A stretch of DNA of 32,000 nucleotides, taken from assembly GCF_020969955.1 (NCBI RefSeq), contig NZ_JAHDSX010000021.1, positions 8,784 through 40,783 of the forward strand. The letters are read 5' to 3'. Both the position numbers and the translations under genes were made by a program. Below, piece after piece: positions 19,175 to 28,816 of this stretch. Source of the stretch: Allobaculum fili. Lineage in GTDB: Bacteria > Bacillota_I > Bacilli_A > Erysipelotrichales > Erysipelotrichaceae. A model generated the notes under the pieces. The model saw only the letters and a program-made list of their open reading frames with translations, did no database searches and was not told where the DNA came from. The number at the start of each line of letters is the position of its first letter. The first letter of the stretch is position 1.

Positions 19175-20500
19175 TCAGATTCCGGGCTCGCCGACTTTTG
19201 GCGAATAGACTTTTCGCTCGACGATCGGCGAATGTTCCTTGGAATATTCGCTTTCCAGATAGTCGTAATACGTTCCCGGCGTAACGATTCCGCGCATTGA
19301 AAGAACATCGGAACCGATCCGTCCTAGAATGACATCCGCAAACTGAACACAGTTTTCGCCGGCGACCCAGTACGTTTTGAAGCAGCCGTTCTTGATCTTG
19401 AAAAACTTGGCGCCGGTGTGGAAATGAAGCCGGGACGGATAGTTATCTTCCAGACCTTCCAGCTGACGGCTTCCTCGCCGTTCGATCGGCGAATACCAGC
19501 GATAGGAGCGCTTTTTGAGATCTTCGAGTTCCCGCTCGATCAGTTCGTCTTCTTCAGGCGTTGTCTCAATCGAATATTCGAAAATCGTATTGTTTTCATG
19601 CGTGATGATGTTGGGGAGATACAGTTCAAACGGAACGGTAAAATAAACGCCATCTCCCAGCATGGAAAAGAAGCGTTCGCTTTCCTTGTCGTAGTTGCCG
19701 TAGGAATACACGATGCCTTTCCAGGAAAAGCTGAAATGGCCGACTTTCTGCAGGCCTTCCGGTCCGATGTGGACCATGGCTTTCAGTTTGACTGGGCCCT
19801 CTTTTTTGGCCGGCTGCACGGGATCGGATTTTCCGCTCTGAAGACGGGTGTTGATCTGACGCAAGGCGAAATCCGGCATAATGGCGGCTAAAACGGTCGG
19901 CAATGAAAGGTGAAGCCGTCGCTTCCACTGGTATGTGGCGCTGGTGCGGTCATACAGGTCGATCGCGAAGCGTACAGAAAGCAGGCAGAAATAGACGCCG
20001 AAAACTCGAATGAGATCCTGCGTGGAAAACAGGCGGGTAAAGATCAGCGAGAAGCCCAGAATCGCATACGCGATCGTAAACAGAATCATGGAAAAGCGCA
20101 CGCGGGAACCGTTGGCCCGATTGATGAACGTCTGAATGAGCAGGCAGACGCTGATGCCGACGCAGTAAAAGCCAAAGACGAGCTGCATGATTTTTTCCGG
20201 GCGAAGATCACCAAACATCATCAGTACGCCAAAGACCAGAGCCAGCAGTCCGTACACAATTTTGGCTCGTCCCGCTCGACCGCTGATCAGAAAAAGAACG
20301 ATATTGAACAGACCGTACACGATCAGCGTAACGATCGAAATGTTCAGCACCGCTTCATACAGAAAAGCCGGCATGAACAGGCAGAGAATACCGATGACCA
20401 AAAGGCCAAGAGCGAGCAGCCACCCGCCGACCTGCGATCCTTTTTCGATTTCCGACGGATTGGGACGGCGCAGATGCTTACGGTTTTCTTGACTGGACAC
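19175..20500 (-). CDS. multi-pass membrane protein with a C-terminal soluble domain carrying a His...Asn-Cys motif (possible permuted papain-like / LRAT-NlpC-P60 fold); start uncertain
   Basis: The N-terminal half has about 6 hydrophobic helices (GWLLALGLLVIGILCLF...). The C-terminal roughly 230 aa contains VGHFSFSWKGIVYSYG and YWVAGENCVQFADVIL. The GTG start at 20498-20500 (SD AAAGGA) overlaps the thiN stop; the alternative is ATG 20374. The first 38 codons in the ORF track overlap thiN and are unlikely to be real. Confidence 0.6.
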   Translation of the reverse strand: MSSQENRKHLRRPNPSEIEKGSQVGGWLLALGLLVIGILCLFMPAFLYEAVLNISIVTLIVYGLFNIVLFLISGRAGRAKIVYGLLALVFGVLMMFGDLRPEKIMQLVFGFYCVGISVCLLIQTFINRANGSRVRFSMILFTIAYAILGFSLIFTRLFSTQDLIRVFGVYFCLLSVRFAIDLYDRTSATYQWKRRLHLSLPTVLAAIMPDFALRQINTRLQSGKSDPVQPAKKEGPVKLKAMVHIGPEGLQKVGHFSFSWKGIVYSYGNYDKESERFFSMLGDGVYFTVPFELYLPNIITHENNTIFEYSIETTPEEDELIERELEDLKKRSYRWYSPIERRGSRQLEGLEDNYPSRLHFHTGAKFFKIKNGCFKTYWVAGENCVQFADVILGRIGSDVLSMRGIVTPGTYYDYLESEYSKEHSPIVERKVYSPKVGEPGI

Positions 20501-21119
20501 AGAGAACCCGTCCTTTCTCGACGATCGCAAGCGCCGAATCCTGATGGCTGATGGAGTTGGAGCACGTATAAAATTCGGTCTGGTCAATCGCCCTGTGCGA
20601 AAGCGGATAGTCAAAACCGTCGAGTGTGATTACCGAAGGTTCCATCGCAAAAAAGGAAATGTGCGGATAGGCTGCATCGATCGTATATTCCCCAGGCAAA
20701 AGTACAGAGACTTTATGCCAGGCATCCATAGAGATCGCCTGCGGAACTTTCCAGCACATGCAGCGCAGATTGGCGATCGTATGATCGAGCCTTCCTTCCA
20801 GTCCGCCGTACAAAATGATTGTCGTATAGCCCATTTCTGCGGCTTTTAATAACGCGATTTCCGAATCGGTTTCGTTTTTTGCGACCGGATAGCGCAGGAA
20901 AGGAAACGTATAGCCTTCTGTATTTGCGGCTTTTTGGGTCCTGGCATCCGTCAGATCTTCTTCACTGTCAAAATCCCCGATCGCAAACAGCGGCGTGATG
21001 CCTTTTTCGACGAGGATGTGATAGCCGGAATCGATGCCGATCCAGTCGCAGTTCTGAAAATCCGGAAGTATGCGCACAAGCGGCGTCACCAGAATGGCTG
21101 TGTCGTGTTTTCTTAACAC
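20478..21119 (-). CDS. thiN: thiamine diphosphokinase
   Basis: IGIDSGYHILVEKGITPLFAIGDFDS, KNETDSEIAL and GGLEGRLDHTIANL motifs. The GTG start overlaps the rpe stop (GTGTTAA). Confidence 0.85.
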   Translation of the reverse strand: MLRKHDTAILVTPLVRILPDFQNCDWIGIDSGYHILVEKGITPLFAIGDFDSEEDLTDARTQKAANTEGYTFPFLRYPVAKNETDSEIALLKAAEMGYTTIILYGGLEGRLDHTIANLRCMCWKVPQAISMDAWHKVSVLLPGEYTIDAAYPHISFFAMEPSVITLDGFDYPLSHRAIDQTEFYTCSNSISHQDSALAIVEKGRVLCVQSRKP

Positions 21120-21769
21120 AGGGATTCAACCGCGCTTTCGATATCGTTTTTGAAAACGTAGCTTCCGGCAACGAGCGTATCTACGCCGGCCGCTTTGGCT
21201 TCTTTAGCAGTTTCGGCATTGATTCCGCCGTCAATTTCAATACGGCAGGCCGGGTTGAGTTCTTTTCTCGCTTTGTCAAAGGCGCGGACTTTTTCCAGCA
21301 CATCCGGAATAAAGCTCTGGCCTCCATAACCTGGATAAACGGACATGATCAGAACGAGATCCGCCTCTTTGACCAGGTTCAGGAAAGGGGCGGGATCGGT
21401 ATCCGGCTTGAGCGAAAAGCCGGCCTGGATGCCCATATCGTGGATTTCTTTGAGCAGAGCCGACACTTTTTTCGGATCGTTATCGAGTGCTTCGACATGG
21501 AAAACGATCAGATCCGCCCCGGCGTCCTTAAAGACGCGGGCAAAATACGCGGGATCGCTGACCATCAGATGGACATCAAGAAAGAGATCCGTCGATTTGC
21601 GAAACTGCTTGAGAATATCCGGACCAAAGGAGAGATTCGGTACGAAATGTCCGTCCATGACATCGTAATGAATCCATTTTGCCCTGGAGCGTTCGAGCGC
21701 GCGAACCTGCTCCAGCATTTTTGTGTAGTCCATCGAAAGAACCGATGGAGCGATAATTAACTCAGCCAT
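21113..21769 (-). CDS. rpe: ribulose-phosphate 3-epimerase
   Basis: MAELIIAPSVLSMDY...HYDVMDGHFVPNLSFGP...HLMV...IMSVYPGYGGQSFIP. SD AAGGAAG lies 8 nt before ATG 21767-21769. The ORF-track extension to 21838 lacks an RBS. Confidence 0.93.
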   Translation of the reverse strand: MAELIIAPSVLSMDYTKMLEQVRALERSRAKWIHYDVMDGHFVPNLSFGPDILKQFRKSTDLFLDVHLMVSDPAYFARVFKDAGADLIVFHVEALDNDPKKVSALLKEIHDMGIQAGFSLKPDTDPAPFLNLVKEADLVLIMSVYPGYGGQSFIPDVLEKVRAFDKARKELNPACRIEIDGGINAETAKEAKAAGVDTLVAGSYVFKNDIESAVESLC

Positions 21770-22142
21770 TTTTCTTACTTCCTTATCTAATCTGTCCGAC
21801 AAAACCGATGCCGGGCTGTTCATACAGCCTTTTATCATTAATTTTGTCCTTTACTCTGTCCCCTGTGAACAGCTGGCCAGATTCCCTTTTCCGGCTTTTG
21901 TAAGACAAAGCACAGAATCCGGCACCATTAGATTAACAAAAAACGATTCAATCGCCACATGGAGCGATTTTTCCCATCCAAAAGTGAGCACGGCCTGCTC
22001 GTTTTCTAGCCAGACTGATCGTTCTGTCCATGTGCAATTCTTCCTGCATACGCGGCGGATCTGTCCATATGCGTGGAGTTTTGCAGGGGCAGACTCGAAC
22101 CTGTAGAAGTGTTTCGATGAAAAGGATCGGATACCGCATAGA

Positions 22143-22187
22143 CAGAAATAAAGCTGGCATTTTCCCTTTTCAGGAAGTCTGCCAGCT
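22143..22187 (-). terminator. rho-independent terminator after rsgA
   Basis: 8-bp stem agctggca / tgccagct, followed on the minus strand by ttatttct. Confidence 0.65.
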
Positions 22188-22242
22188 TTTGTTTTCTCTG
22201 GTGCAGCCGGAGGCAGCTGTTCCATGCGTTTTGGCCAGAGAA

Positions 22243-23112
22243 TCAGTACTGCTTTCGGTTTTTGAATTCTTTCATGATCAGCGCGTAATCTTCATACAGC
22301 GTCGGATTGATGTTTCCGTTTTTGACATTTTCCTTAATGATGCAGTCCGGTTCATCCACATGAATGCAGTCCGCAAAGCGGCAGCCTTCTTCCAGATACG
22401 GCGCAAAGTCGATCAGACGGCTGGCCAGCGAGGAAACATCCATGCGCGTGAAGTCGAGCGAAGAAAAGCCCGGCGTATCCGCGACGAGGCCGCCGGCAAC
22501 CGGATGCAGTTCGCAATGGCGGGTCGTATGCTTGCCGCGTCCGAGCGCCTTGGAAATTTCCTGCGTCTGCAGATGGAACGTGGGATCCAGACGGTTTAAC
22601 AGCGAGCTTTTTCCCGCACCCGACTGGCCGCACAGCACACTGATCCGGCCTTTGAGCAGTTCCTTGAGTTCTTCATCATCGCTGCCCGGATTGGAGACGA
22701 ACACGCGATAGCCGGCTTTTCGATACCATTCGAGTTCCTGATCGATTTTTTCCTTTTCCTGCGGAGTTAAAAGATCGGACTTGGTAATGCAGATGACCGG
22801 TTCGATATCGCAGAGGACAACGAGAAAAATGAGGCGGTTGAGCAGTCTGGACGAAAAATCGGGATCTTTCAGACTCGTGACAATCAGCGCCTGATCGACG
22901 TTGCAAACCGCCGGGCGAAGCAGACGGTTGCGTCTAGGCAAAATGGAGTCAATACGCTCGGATCCTTCGATCGTTTCGTAATTTACGATATCGCCGGCCA
23001 GCGGCTTTTCGCCTTTGCGCATGCGGCCGCGCGGTGTGGCGACAACCGCTTCCTCGGGCGAGTAAATCGTGTACTGATTGGAAATGACTTTAATAATTCT
23101 TCCCTGTTTCAT
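22243..23112 (-). CDS. rsgA: ribosome small subunit-dependent GTPase A
   Basis: Circularly permuted GTPase: ITKSDL ... GQSGAGKSSLLNRL ... GRGKHTTRH ... DTPGF, plus the C-terminal Zn motif C.FADC.H..EPDC. Confidence 0.93.
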   Translation of the reverse strand: MKQGRIIKVISNQYTIYSPEEAVVATPRGRMRKGEKPLAGDIVNYETIEGSERIDSILPRRNRLLRPAVCNVDQALIVTSLKDPDFSSRLLNRLIFLVVLCDIEPVICITKSDLLTPQEKEKIDQELEWYRKAGYRVFVSNPGSDDEELKELLKGRISVLCGQSGAGKSSLLNRLDPTFHLQTQEISKALGRGKHTTRHCELHPVAGGLVADTPGFSSLDFTRMDVSSLASRLIDFAPYLEEGCRFADCIHVDEPDCIIKENVKNGNINPTLYEDYALIMKEFKNRKQY

Positions 23113-23120
23113 AGGCCTCG

Positions 23121-24857
23121 TTAGTGATACAGCGTAATGACGCTGTTGCTTCCTTCCTGGGTATAGGTAGAACCGATCGGCGGATCCACATTTTTGACGA
23201 CAGAGGATCCGTAGACATTTTTCAGAATGACCGCAATGCCCAGTTCGTTGAGCTCATCCTTGATTTCGTTGACATCCCGGCCGATCCAGTCGGAGCGGAT
23301 GACAACCGATGGATACGTCGATACGGTAAAGCGAATGGGATCCGTTCCCTGCGGATCGATACGCTCGCCCGCGCCAAAGCCGGACTGTGAAAGAATGATG
23401 CCCGGATTGGTCTGGGCTGCAGGAACTTCTTCGACTTCGATCGGAATCGTCACGCCATCCTGCGCGAACATCGCCTTGACGTCGTCCAGATACAGACCCG
23501 TGTAATCCGAAATCAGATACGTCGGTCCCTTGACTACGCTGAGTGTTAAATGATCGCGTTCGCGAATGTAGCAGCCAGCCGGAAGGCTTGTCGACTGCGC
23601 TGTTCCTTTTTCGTAGCTGTCGCTGACGACTTCTTCGATCGTAATCATCGAGTCGCTGATCCCTTTCTCATGCAGAAGGGCGATGGCTTCCTCGTAGGAC
23701 AGACCCGAAATATTGGGAATCTGGTGCCAGCCAAACCATCCGTCCACCGGCATAACGCCAACGGCCATCAAGATGACCACAATGAGCGCAATCGTCCCGA
23801 CCAGGCCTAGAACGCCCAGTCCGGCTTTTCGGAGCATCTGTTTTCGTTTCTTCTTACGGACCGGTTTGCGCACCGATTTAGAAGAGACTGACGATGCCAA
23901 AGAGGAACGGCCGGTTTTCGGTGTCATTTCGACACGCTCGCCTTTTGCCGGCGCCGCTTTGGATGAACCGCCTGGAAGCAGTGCTTTGGGCAGTTCGAGC
24001 GACTTCGTCTTTAATACGAGCGGCGCGACGTTTCGCATTTTCGGATCATAACAGTGATCGAGGGCGTAAAGAAACTCTTCTGCACTCTGAAACCGTTCGT
24101 CCGGGGATTTGGCCGTCGCCTTGATCACGATGTTTTCAATAGCCTGCGTAACGGTTGGATTGTACGGCTGAATCGGCGGAAGCGGATCCTGCAGATGCTT
24201 GAGGGCAATTTCTGGGGAGGATGTTCCGGTAAAGGGGACGCTTCCGCAGAGCAGTTCAAAAAAGACGATGCCTAACGAATACAGATCGACACGCTTGTCG
24301 GCATCTTTGCCGGCCGCGCTTTCGGGAGCAATATAATGCGCCGAACCCATAACCGCGTTTTGCGAAGAGAGCGTATCCTTGGAATCCGCCGAAATGGCAA
24401 TGCCAAAGTCGGAAATTTTCAGTTCGCCGTCCCGGCTGACCAGAATGTTCTGCGGTTTGATATCCCGGTGAATGATATTGCGCTGATGCGCCTGCGCAAT
24501 CGCGCTCAGCAGCTTTTTCATAATGGAAATCGCCCGTCTGGCCGGCATGGCTCCGGACGAAGCGATGACTTCCTTTAACGTGGAACCCTGAATGTACTCC
24601 ATGACAATATAATGAAGATCGCCGCTTTCGCCAACGTCATAAATTTCCACCACATTGAGATGATCGAGACGTCTGGCGGCATAGGCTTCGCGAATAAAGC
24701 GCAGCAGCGTCTGCGAATCTTCAGCCAGTTCCGGACGAAGAACTTTCACTGCCACTTCCCGGCCGAGCACTTCGTCGTACGCCAGGTAAACCAGCGCCAT
24801 GCCGCCTTCGCCGATCAGACGAATGATCCGGTAGCGGTTTGCGATTTTATCCTGCAT
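23121..24857 (-). CDS. prkC: PASTA-domain Ser/Thr protein kinase
   Basis: Hanks kinase motifs (GEGGMALVY, HRDIKPQNILV, DFGIA, APE). One TM helix (LGVLGLVGTIALIVVILMAV). Three C-terminal PASTA-like repeats. Confidence 0.93.
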   Translation of the reverse strand: MQDKIANRYRIIRLIGEGGMALVYLAYDEVLGREVAVKVLRPELAEDSQTLLRFIREAYAARRLDHLNVVEIYDVGESGDLHYIVMEYIQGSTLKEVIASSGAMPARRAISIMKKLLSAIAQAHQRNIIHRDIKPQNILVSRDGELKISDFGIAISADSKDTLSSQNAVMGSAHYIAPESAAGKDADKRVDLYSLGIVFFELLCGSVPFTGTSSPEIALKHLQDPLPPIQPYNPTVTQAIENIVIKATAKSPDERFQSAEEFLYALDHCYDPKMRNVAPLVLKTKSLELPKALLPGGSSKAAPAKGERVEMTPKTGRSSLASSVSSKSVRKPVRKKKRKQMLRKAGLGVLGLVGTIALIVVILMAVGVMPVDGWFGWHQIPNISGLSYEEAIALLHEKGISDSMITIEEVVSDSYEKGTAQSTSLPAGCYIRERDHLTLSVVKGPTYLISDYTGLYLDDVKAMFAQDGVTIPIEVEEVPAAQTNPGIILSQSGFGAGERIDPQGTDPIRFTVSTYPSVVIRSDWIGRDVNEIKDELNELGIAVILKNVYGSSVVKNVDPPIGSTYTQEGSNSVITLYH

Positions 24858-25593
24858 AGCGCCCCCCCGGTCCGGTCACAATCACCGTACAGTTGTCCGA
24901 TCCGCCGGCTTCATCCGCAAAACCGATCAGAAGCTTCGCCTTCTGCTCCAGAGAAAGCGGCGATTCCATCGTGCGCAAAATTTTGGCTTCCGGAACGTAT
25001 CCGTGCAGTCCGTCGGTACAAAGAAGAAGGGCCGCGTAATCGGAAGCGATTTTGTTTACGTCCAGACGGAACGTGCGCCATACGCCAAGAGCATTTGTCA
25101 GCGCGCTTCGCTTTTCGTGCTCCATCGCTTCCTGCTGCGTGATCTTATGCTCGTTGATCAGACGCTGCACATAGGAATGGTCTTCACTCATCTGAATCAG
25201 GCCGTCGTCATACAGCGCATAGATGCGCGAATCGCCCGCGTTAAAAATATACGTGCCCTGAGAGCAGAGAATGGCGCCGCACGCCGTGGTTCCCATGCCC
25301 CGGTTTTTGCGGCTCCACATGGACTTGGAATAAATCGAGTCATTGGCTTTGGTCATCGTCTTATGAATCCAGTCATTGACCTGATAGTCCTTTTCAAAAA
25401 GCGGGGCGCTTTTAAACTGCTCTTTTGCGATCTGGCAGGCCATGGCGCTGGCCACTTCGCCGCTGACCGCGCCGCCGATGCCGTCGCAGACCATCAGCAG
25501 CAAAGCCCCGTGCCGGTTGCGGGCGATGAGAAAACTGTCTTCGTTCAGATCTCTGGATTTGCCAATATCGGTCAGTCCATATACTTCAGTCAT
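24847..25593 (-). CDS. prpC: PP2C-family Ser/Thr phosphatase
   Basis: GLTDIGKSRDLNEDSF, VCDGIGG and DNCTVIV motifs. There is an 11-nt overlap with the prkC start, as in other Firmicutes. Confidence 0.92.
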   Translation of the reverse strand: MTEVYGLTDIGKSRDLNEDSFLIARNRHGALLLMVCDGIGGAVSGEVASAMACQIAKEQFKSAPLFEKDYQVNDWIHKTMTKANDSIYSKSMWSRKNRGMGTTACGAILCSQGTYIFNAGDSRIYALYDDGLIQMSEDHSYVQRLINEHKITQQEAMEHEKRSALTNALGVWRTFRLDVNKIASDYAALLLCTDGLHGYVPEAKILRTMESPLSLEQKAKLLIGFADEAGGSDNCTVIVTGPGGRYAG

Positions 25594-25811
25594 GGCCTCA
25601 TTCCTTTCTTAAAACGTACTGTGAATACTTTCCTGGTTTTTGATTTTCTTTTTTGCAGACAGGCTCAATTTGCAAATCCGCCGGCCTGTCTGTTTGGCTT
25701 GCAGCTGTCCTGACCTGGTGCCGGTTTCTGGAGAGGATCGTCTTCGCAATCCAATATTGCAGCAGCGCACAAATTCACACCTTTGCAAGGTAAAGGGAAA
25801 ACCTGAATAAT

Positions 25812-26153
25812 TTAAAGATTGTAAATCAGCGCCATGAACTCGAGCGGTTTGTCGCTGTTGTTTTCAATCGAATGAAAATGGTTGTCTTTAATCGAGCAGA
25901 TGTCGCCGGCATGAACGAGCGTTCTGGACTGATCATTATCGATGAACGTGCCTTCTCCGCTCAAAATATAGTAGGGCTCGGTTTCCCCAGCGTGCTGGTG
26001 CCAGCCGATGGAGCAGCCCGGATCCAGAACGACGCGGGCATACAGCCGTCCGGCTTTTTTGAGATCTTCTTTTGTCTGAATATGGAAAACTTTTGCGACG
26101 CCTTTTCCGCCGCCAAGATTCGATACATAATCGCAGGTTTCGTGACGAATCAT
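25812..26153 (-). CDS. cupin-domain protein
   Basis: GWHQHAGETEPYYILSGEGTF...VHAGDICSI...HFHSIEN is the two-motif cupin signature. Length 113 aa. SD AAGGAGGGG lies upstream. Confidence 0.85.
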   Translation of the reverse strand: MIRHETCDYVSNLGGGKGVAKVFHIQTKEDLKKAGRLYARVVLDPGCSIGWHQHAGETEPYYILSGEGTFIDNDQSRTLVHAGDICSIKDNHFHSIENNSDKPLEFMALIYNL

Positions 26154-26378
26154 ACGCCCCTCCTTGAATTCTTCTCTGATCGGCTGAAAGCCGATTTGAA
26201 CACGATTTGTTCAGCCGTTTTTTCAGGATTTCAAAACGGCCTGCAGGTTCAGTGTATCATTCCCTGGCGCCGGCGTCTGAGCCGGTCCGGATTTCCAGCA
26301 GGAAATGCAGACGGATCCTGCAGACCGCCAGGAAAACATCGATAATTTTTTCGATTAGCAAGGTTAACAATTTAACAT

Positions 26379-26407
26379 TTGAGTTTGATTTTTTGACTTT
26401 CTAAACT
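26379..26407 (+). promoter_or_regulatory. promoter candidate for the LacI-family gene (possibly leaderless)
   Basis: TTGAGT - 17 nt - TAAACT. The A of the ATG (26414) lies 7 nt after the -10, and there is no SD. Confidence 0.35.
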
Positions 26408-26413
26408 GAAGCT

Positions 26414-27379
26414 ATGGAAAAAATTCGACTGGCGGATATTGCAGAATCTCTCGGGCTTTCTGTAGCGGCCGTCTCCTATGTACTCAATGGAAAAGAAGGA
26501 AAAGTCTCGGCCAGAACCCGTGCGCGCGTTCTGGAGATGGTCAAAAAAAGCGGTTACCTTCCGGAACGTGCGGAAGTTCTGCTCGGACGCAATCCTTCAA
26601 AAATGATCGGACTGATCGTTCACGATCATCCCGAATACGAAGGGGCTCCCCTTGAGAACCCGTATTATGCCCGGTTTATTTCCTTTCTTCAAAAAGAAGT
26701 CGTCAAAGCCGGCTGCGATCTTCTGATCAAAACCGCCAAAGGCTGGAAGGAAGCGGCGGAATTCGCCTCGATGTGGAATATGCAAGGCCTGATTGTCGCC
26801 GGCTTCTGCGATGGCGATTACCGCTCTTTGCAGGATATGCTTCACATTCCGATGACCGCCATGGACGTCTCTTCTCCTGCGCCGGGAATTTCTTCGGTCT
26901 GCGCCGATGATTTTAAAGGGGGCGTTCTGGCGGGCGAGTATTTAAAAGCGATGGGTCATTCGCACGTGCTCGTTTTGACAACCAATCTGGAATGCAACGA
27001 CAAAAACCGAATCGACGGTCTGCGAAGCACCGGAATCGACACAGAAATTCTGATGATTCCCCCAACGCACAACGCGCGAAACGAACTTTTGCGAAACTAT
27101 GACTTTTCCCGCACCAGAGCAGTCTTTTGCGTCAGCGACCGGCAGGCTTTAGAACTCTCTTCCCTTTTGTATCAGCGAAACCTCCGTGTCCCGCAGGACG
27201 TGTCGATTCTTGGGTTTGACGGAATCGATGCGGGTGCGTATGCGTGTCCGCCGCTGACGACCGTTGCGCAGGATCTGGAACAGAAAGCGCATCTGGCCGT
27301 TGCAGCTCTGGACGAAAATCCTTCCCGTAAAGTGAGCGACGTCTTTCTTTGCGAACGAAAAAGTGTGGCGTATGCGTAA
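26414..27379 (+). CDS. LacI-family transcriptional regulator
   Basis: N-terminal HTH IRLADIAESLGLSVAAVSYVLNG...VSARTRARVLEMVKKSGYLP, followed by a periplasmic-binding-protein-like sugar-binding fold. Confidence 0.9.
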   Translation: MEKIRLADIAESLGLSVAAVSYVLNGKEGKVSARTRARVLEMVKKSGYLPERAEVLLGRNPSKMIGLIVHDHPEYEGAPLENPYYARFISFLQKEVVKAGCDLLIKTAKGWKEAAEFASMWNMQGLIVAGFCDGDYRSLQDMLHIPMTAMDVSSPAPGISSVCADDFKGGVLAGEYLKAMGHSHVLVLTTNLECNDKNRIDGLRSTGIDTEILMIPPTHNARNELLRNYDFSRTRAVFCVSDRQALELSSLLYQRNLRVPQDVSILGFDGIDAGAYACPPLTTVAQDLEQKAHLAVAALDENPSRKVSDVFLCERKSVAYA

Positions 27380-28682
27380 GGACTTTTTCAGAACCGTTTT
27401 GAAAATCGCGGTTCCCGCGGCTTTGCAGTCGATGGCGGTCAGCTGCTTTTCCATCGCCGATCAGATCATGATCGGCCAGTCCGGAGAGACCGTCATTGCA
27501 GGTGTCGGATTCGGCGCCAAATTCGTGTCGCTGGCCCTTGCGATCCTGTCCGGAGCTGCCGCTGGAGCCGGTATTCTCTGCGCGCAGTACGAAGGGCAGA
27601 ATAACCGACAGGCCATGATAGAAAGCTTCTCACAGATTTTTCTGTTTTCCATGGCGATCAGCGCGCTTTTCATTTTGCTTTCGCTGACGGCTTCCGTCCC
27701 CGTCATGGGCTTGTACAGTCCAGATCCAGATGCAGTGGCAGCCGCTTCGCGCTATTTGACGATTTATGTGTGGACGCTCCCTTTTTCGAGCGTCACCACG
27801 CTGTATGCGGTTCTGCTTCGCTGCTGCGGCTATCCATCGCACCCGTTACATGCGTCCCTGGCAGGTATCGTCGCCAACACCGCACTCAATGCGCTGTTCA
27901 TTTTTGGTCTGGGCGGACAGGAAGTCGGCGCAGCCTGGGCTTCGCTGTTCTCGCAGGCGCTGATGGCGGGACTCGCCTGGAAGATGGTTCGAAAGCATCT
28001 TCCCTGGGTACATCTTCATTTTTCAAAATCGCATCTGGGCATGATCATCCGCATCCTTCTGCCTCTGCTGATCTGCGAAGGGTTGTGGTCGCTTGGCGAA
28101 AACGTCTACGCGATGGTATATGGTCATACCTCTACCGTCCAGTCGGCGGCCATGACGATGACGATTCCTTTACAAAGCCTGCTGATGGGAATTCTTGGCG
28201 GCTTTTCGCAGGCTGCCGGCATTCTGATCGGTCAGCGACTGGGAAAAGGCCAGTACGAAAATGCCTGGAACGATTCCCTGTCGCTGATTCGCTATTCGTT
28301 TTTTGCATCCCTGCTTTTTGCGACTTTGCTCGTTCTGCTTTCCCCGCTGTATGTTTCGCTTTTTTCGGTCGACGGGAATGTACGGCAGATGACTCTGCAG
28401 CTCATTGCCGCCTTTGCGCTGATGTCGATCGTCAAAGTGCAGAACATGGTTATTGCCGGCGGGATTTTACGAAGCGGCGGGCAAACGAGTATTGTCATGG
28501 CCATCGATCTGATCGGGACCTGGGGCTTTGGCGTACCGCTGGCTTTCTTTGCGCTCCATCAGGGCTTTTCCATTCTCTGGATTTATCTGATTCTTTCTTC
28601 AGAGGAAGTCGTTCGTCTTCTGATCAGTCTGGCCGTTCTTGTTTCGCGCAAATGGATGAAGACGCTGCCTGCGCAAGGTTAG
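27372..28682 (+). CDS. MATE-family efflux transporter
   Basis: A 12-TM protein with the N-terminal MATE pattern ILKIAVPAALQSMAVSCFSIADQIMIGQSGETVIAGVG. The ATG at 27372 overlaps the LacI stop by 8 nt (ATGCGTAA). Confidence 0.85.
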   Translation: MRKDFFRTVLKIAVPAALQSMAVSCFSIADQIMIGQSGETVIAGVGFGAKFVSLALAILSGAAAGAGILCAQYEGQNNRQAMIESFSQIFLFSMAISALFILLSLTASVPVMGLYSPDPDAVAAASRYLTIYVWTLPFSSVTTLYAVLLRCCGYPSHPLHASLAGIVANTALNALFIFGLGGQEVGAAWASLFSQALMAGLAWKMVRKHLPWVHLHFSKSHLGMIIRILLPLLICEGLWSLGENVYAMVYGHTSTVQSAAMTMTIPLQSLLMGILGGFSQAAGILIGQRLGKGQYENAWNDSLSLIRYSFFASLLFATLLVLLSPLYVSLFSVDGNVRQMTLQLIAAFALMSIVKVQNMVIAGGILRSGGQTSIVMAIDLIGTWGFGVPLAFFALHQGFSILWIYLILSSEEVVRLLISLAVLVSRKWMKTLPAQG

Positions 28683-28765
28683 CAAGAGACGCCCCTTCTG
28701 CCTGAAGCGCATCGCTATAGTCTGTGGCGGGATGCTCGACTCGCATAAATCCAAATACCAGCAGG

Positions 28766-28816
28766 CAAAAATCCGTCGTCTGGACCAGACCAGATCGGCG
28801 GATTTCCCTTTTTTTA
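28766..28816. terminator. terminator between the convergent MATE and rlmN genes
   Basis: Stem aaatccgtcg / cggcggattt with an inner tctgg/ccaga pair. T7 lies downstream on the plus strand and TTTTT follows on the minus-strand reading. Confidence 0.7.

Noticed and set aside
22083-22105. tRNA-like T-arm sequence (minus strand caGGTTCGAGTctg) in the rsgA-rpe spacer
   Set aside because: Only a 3-bp stem flanks the loop. There is no matching acceptor stem (no GCAGGGG upstream), D-arm or anticodon arm. It is a chance match.
21851-22225. 124-aa ORF between rsgA and rpe
   Set aside because: It reads straight through the rsgA terminator hairpin, has no RBS and has a Cys/Lys/Arg-rich, random-looking composition.
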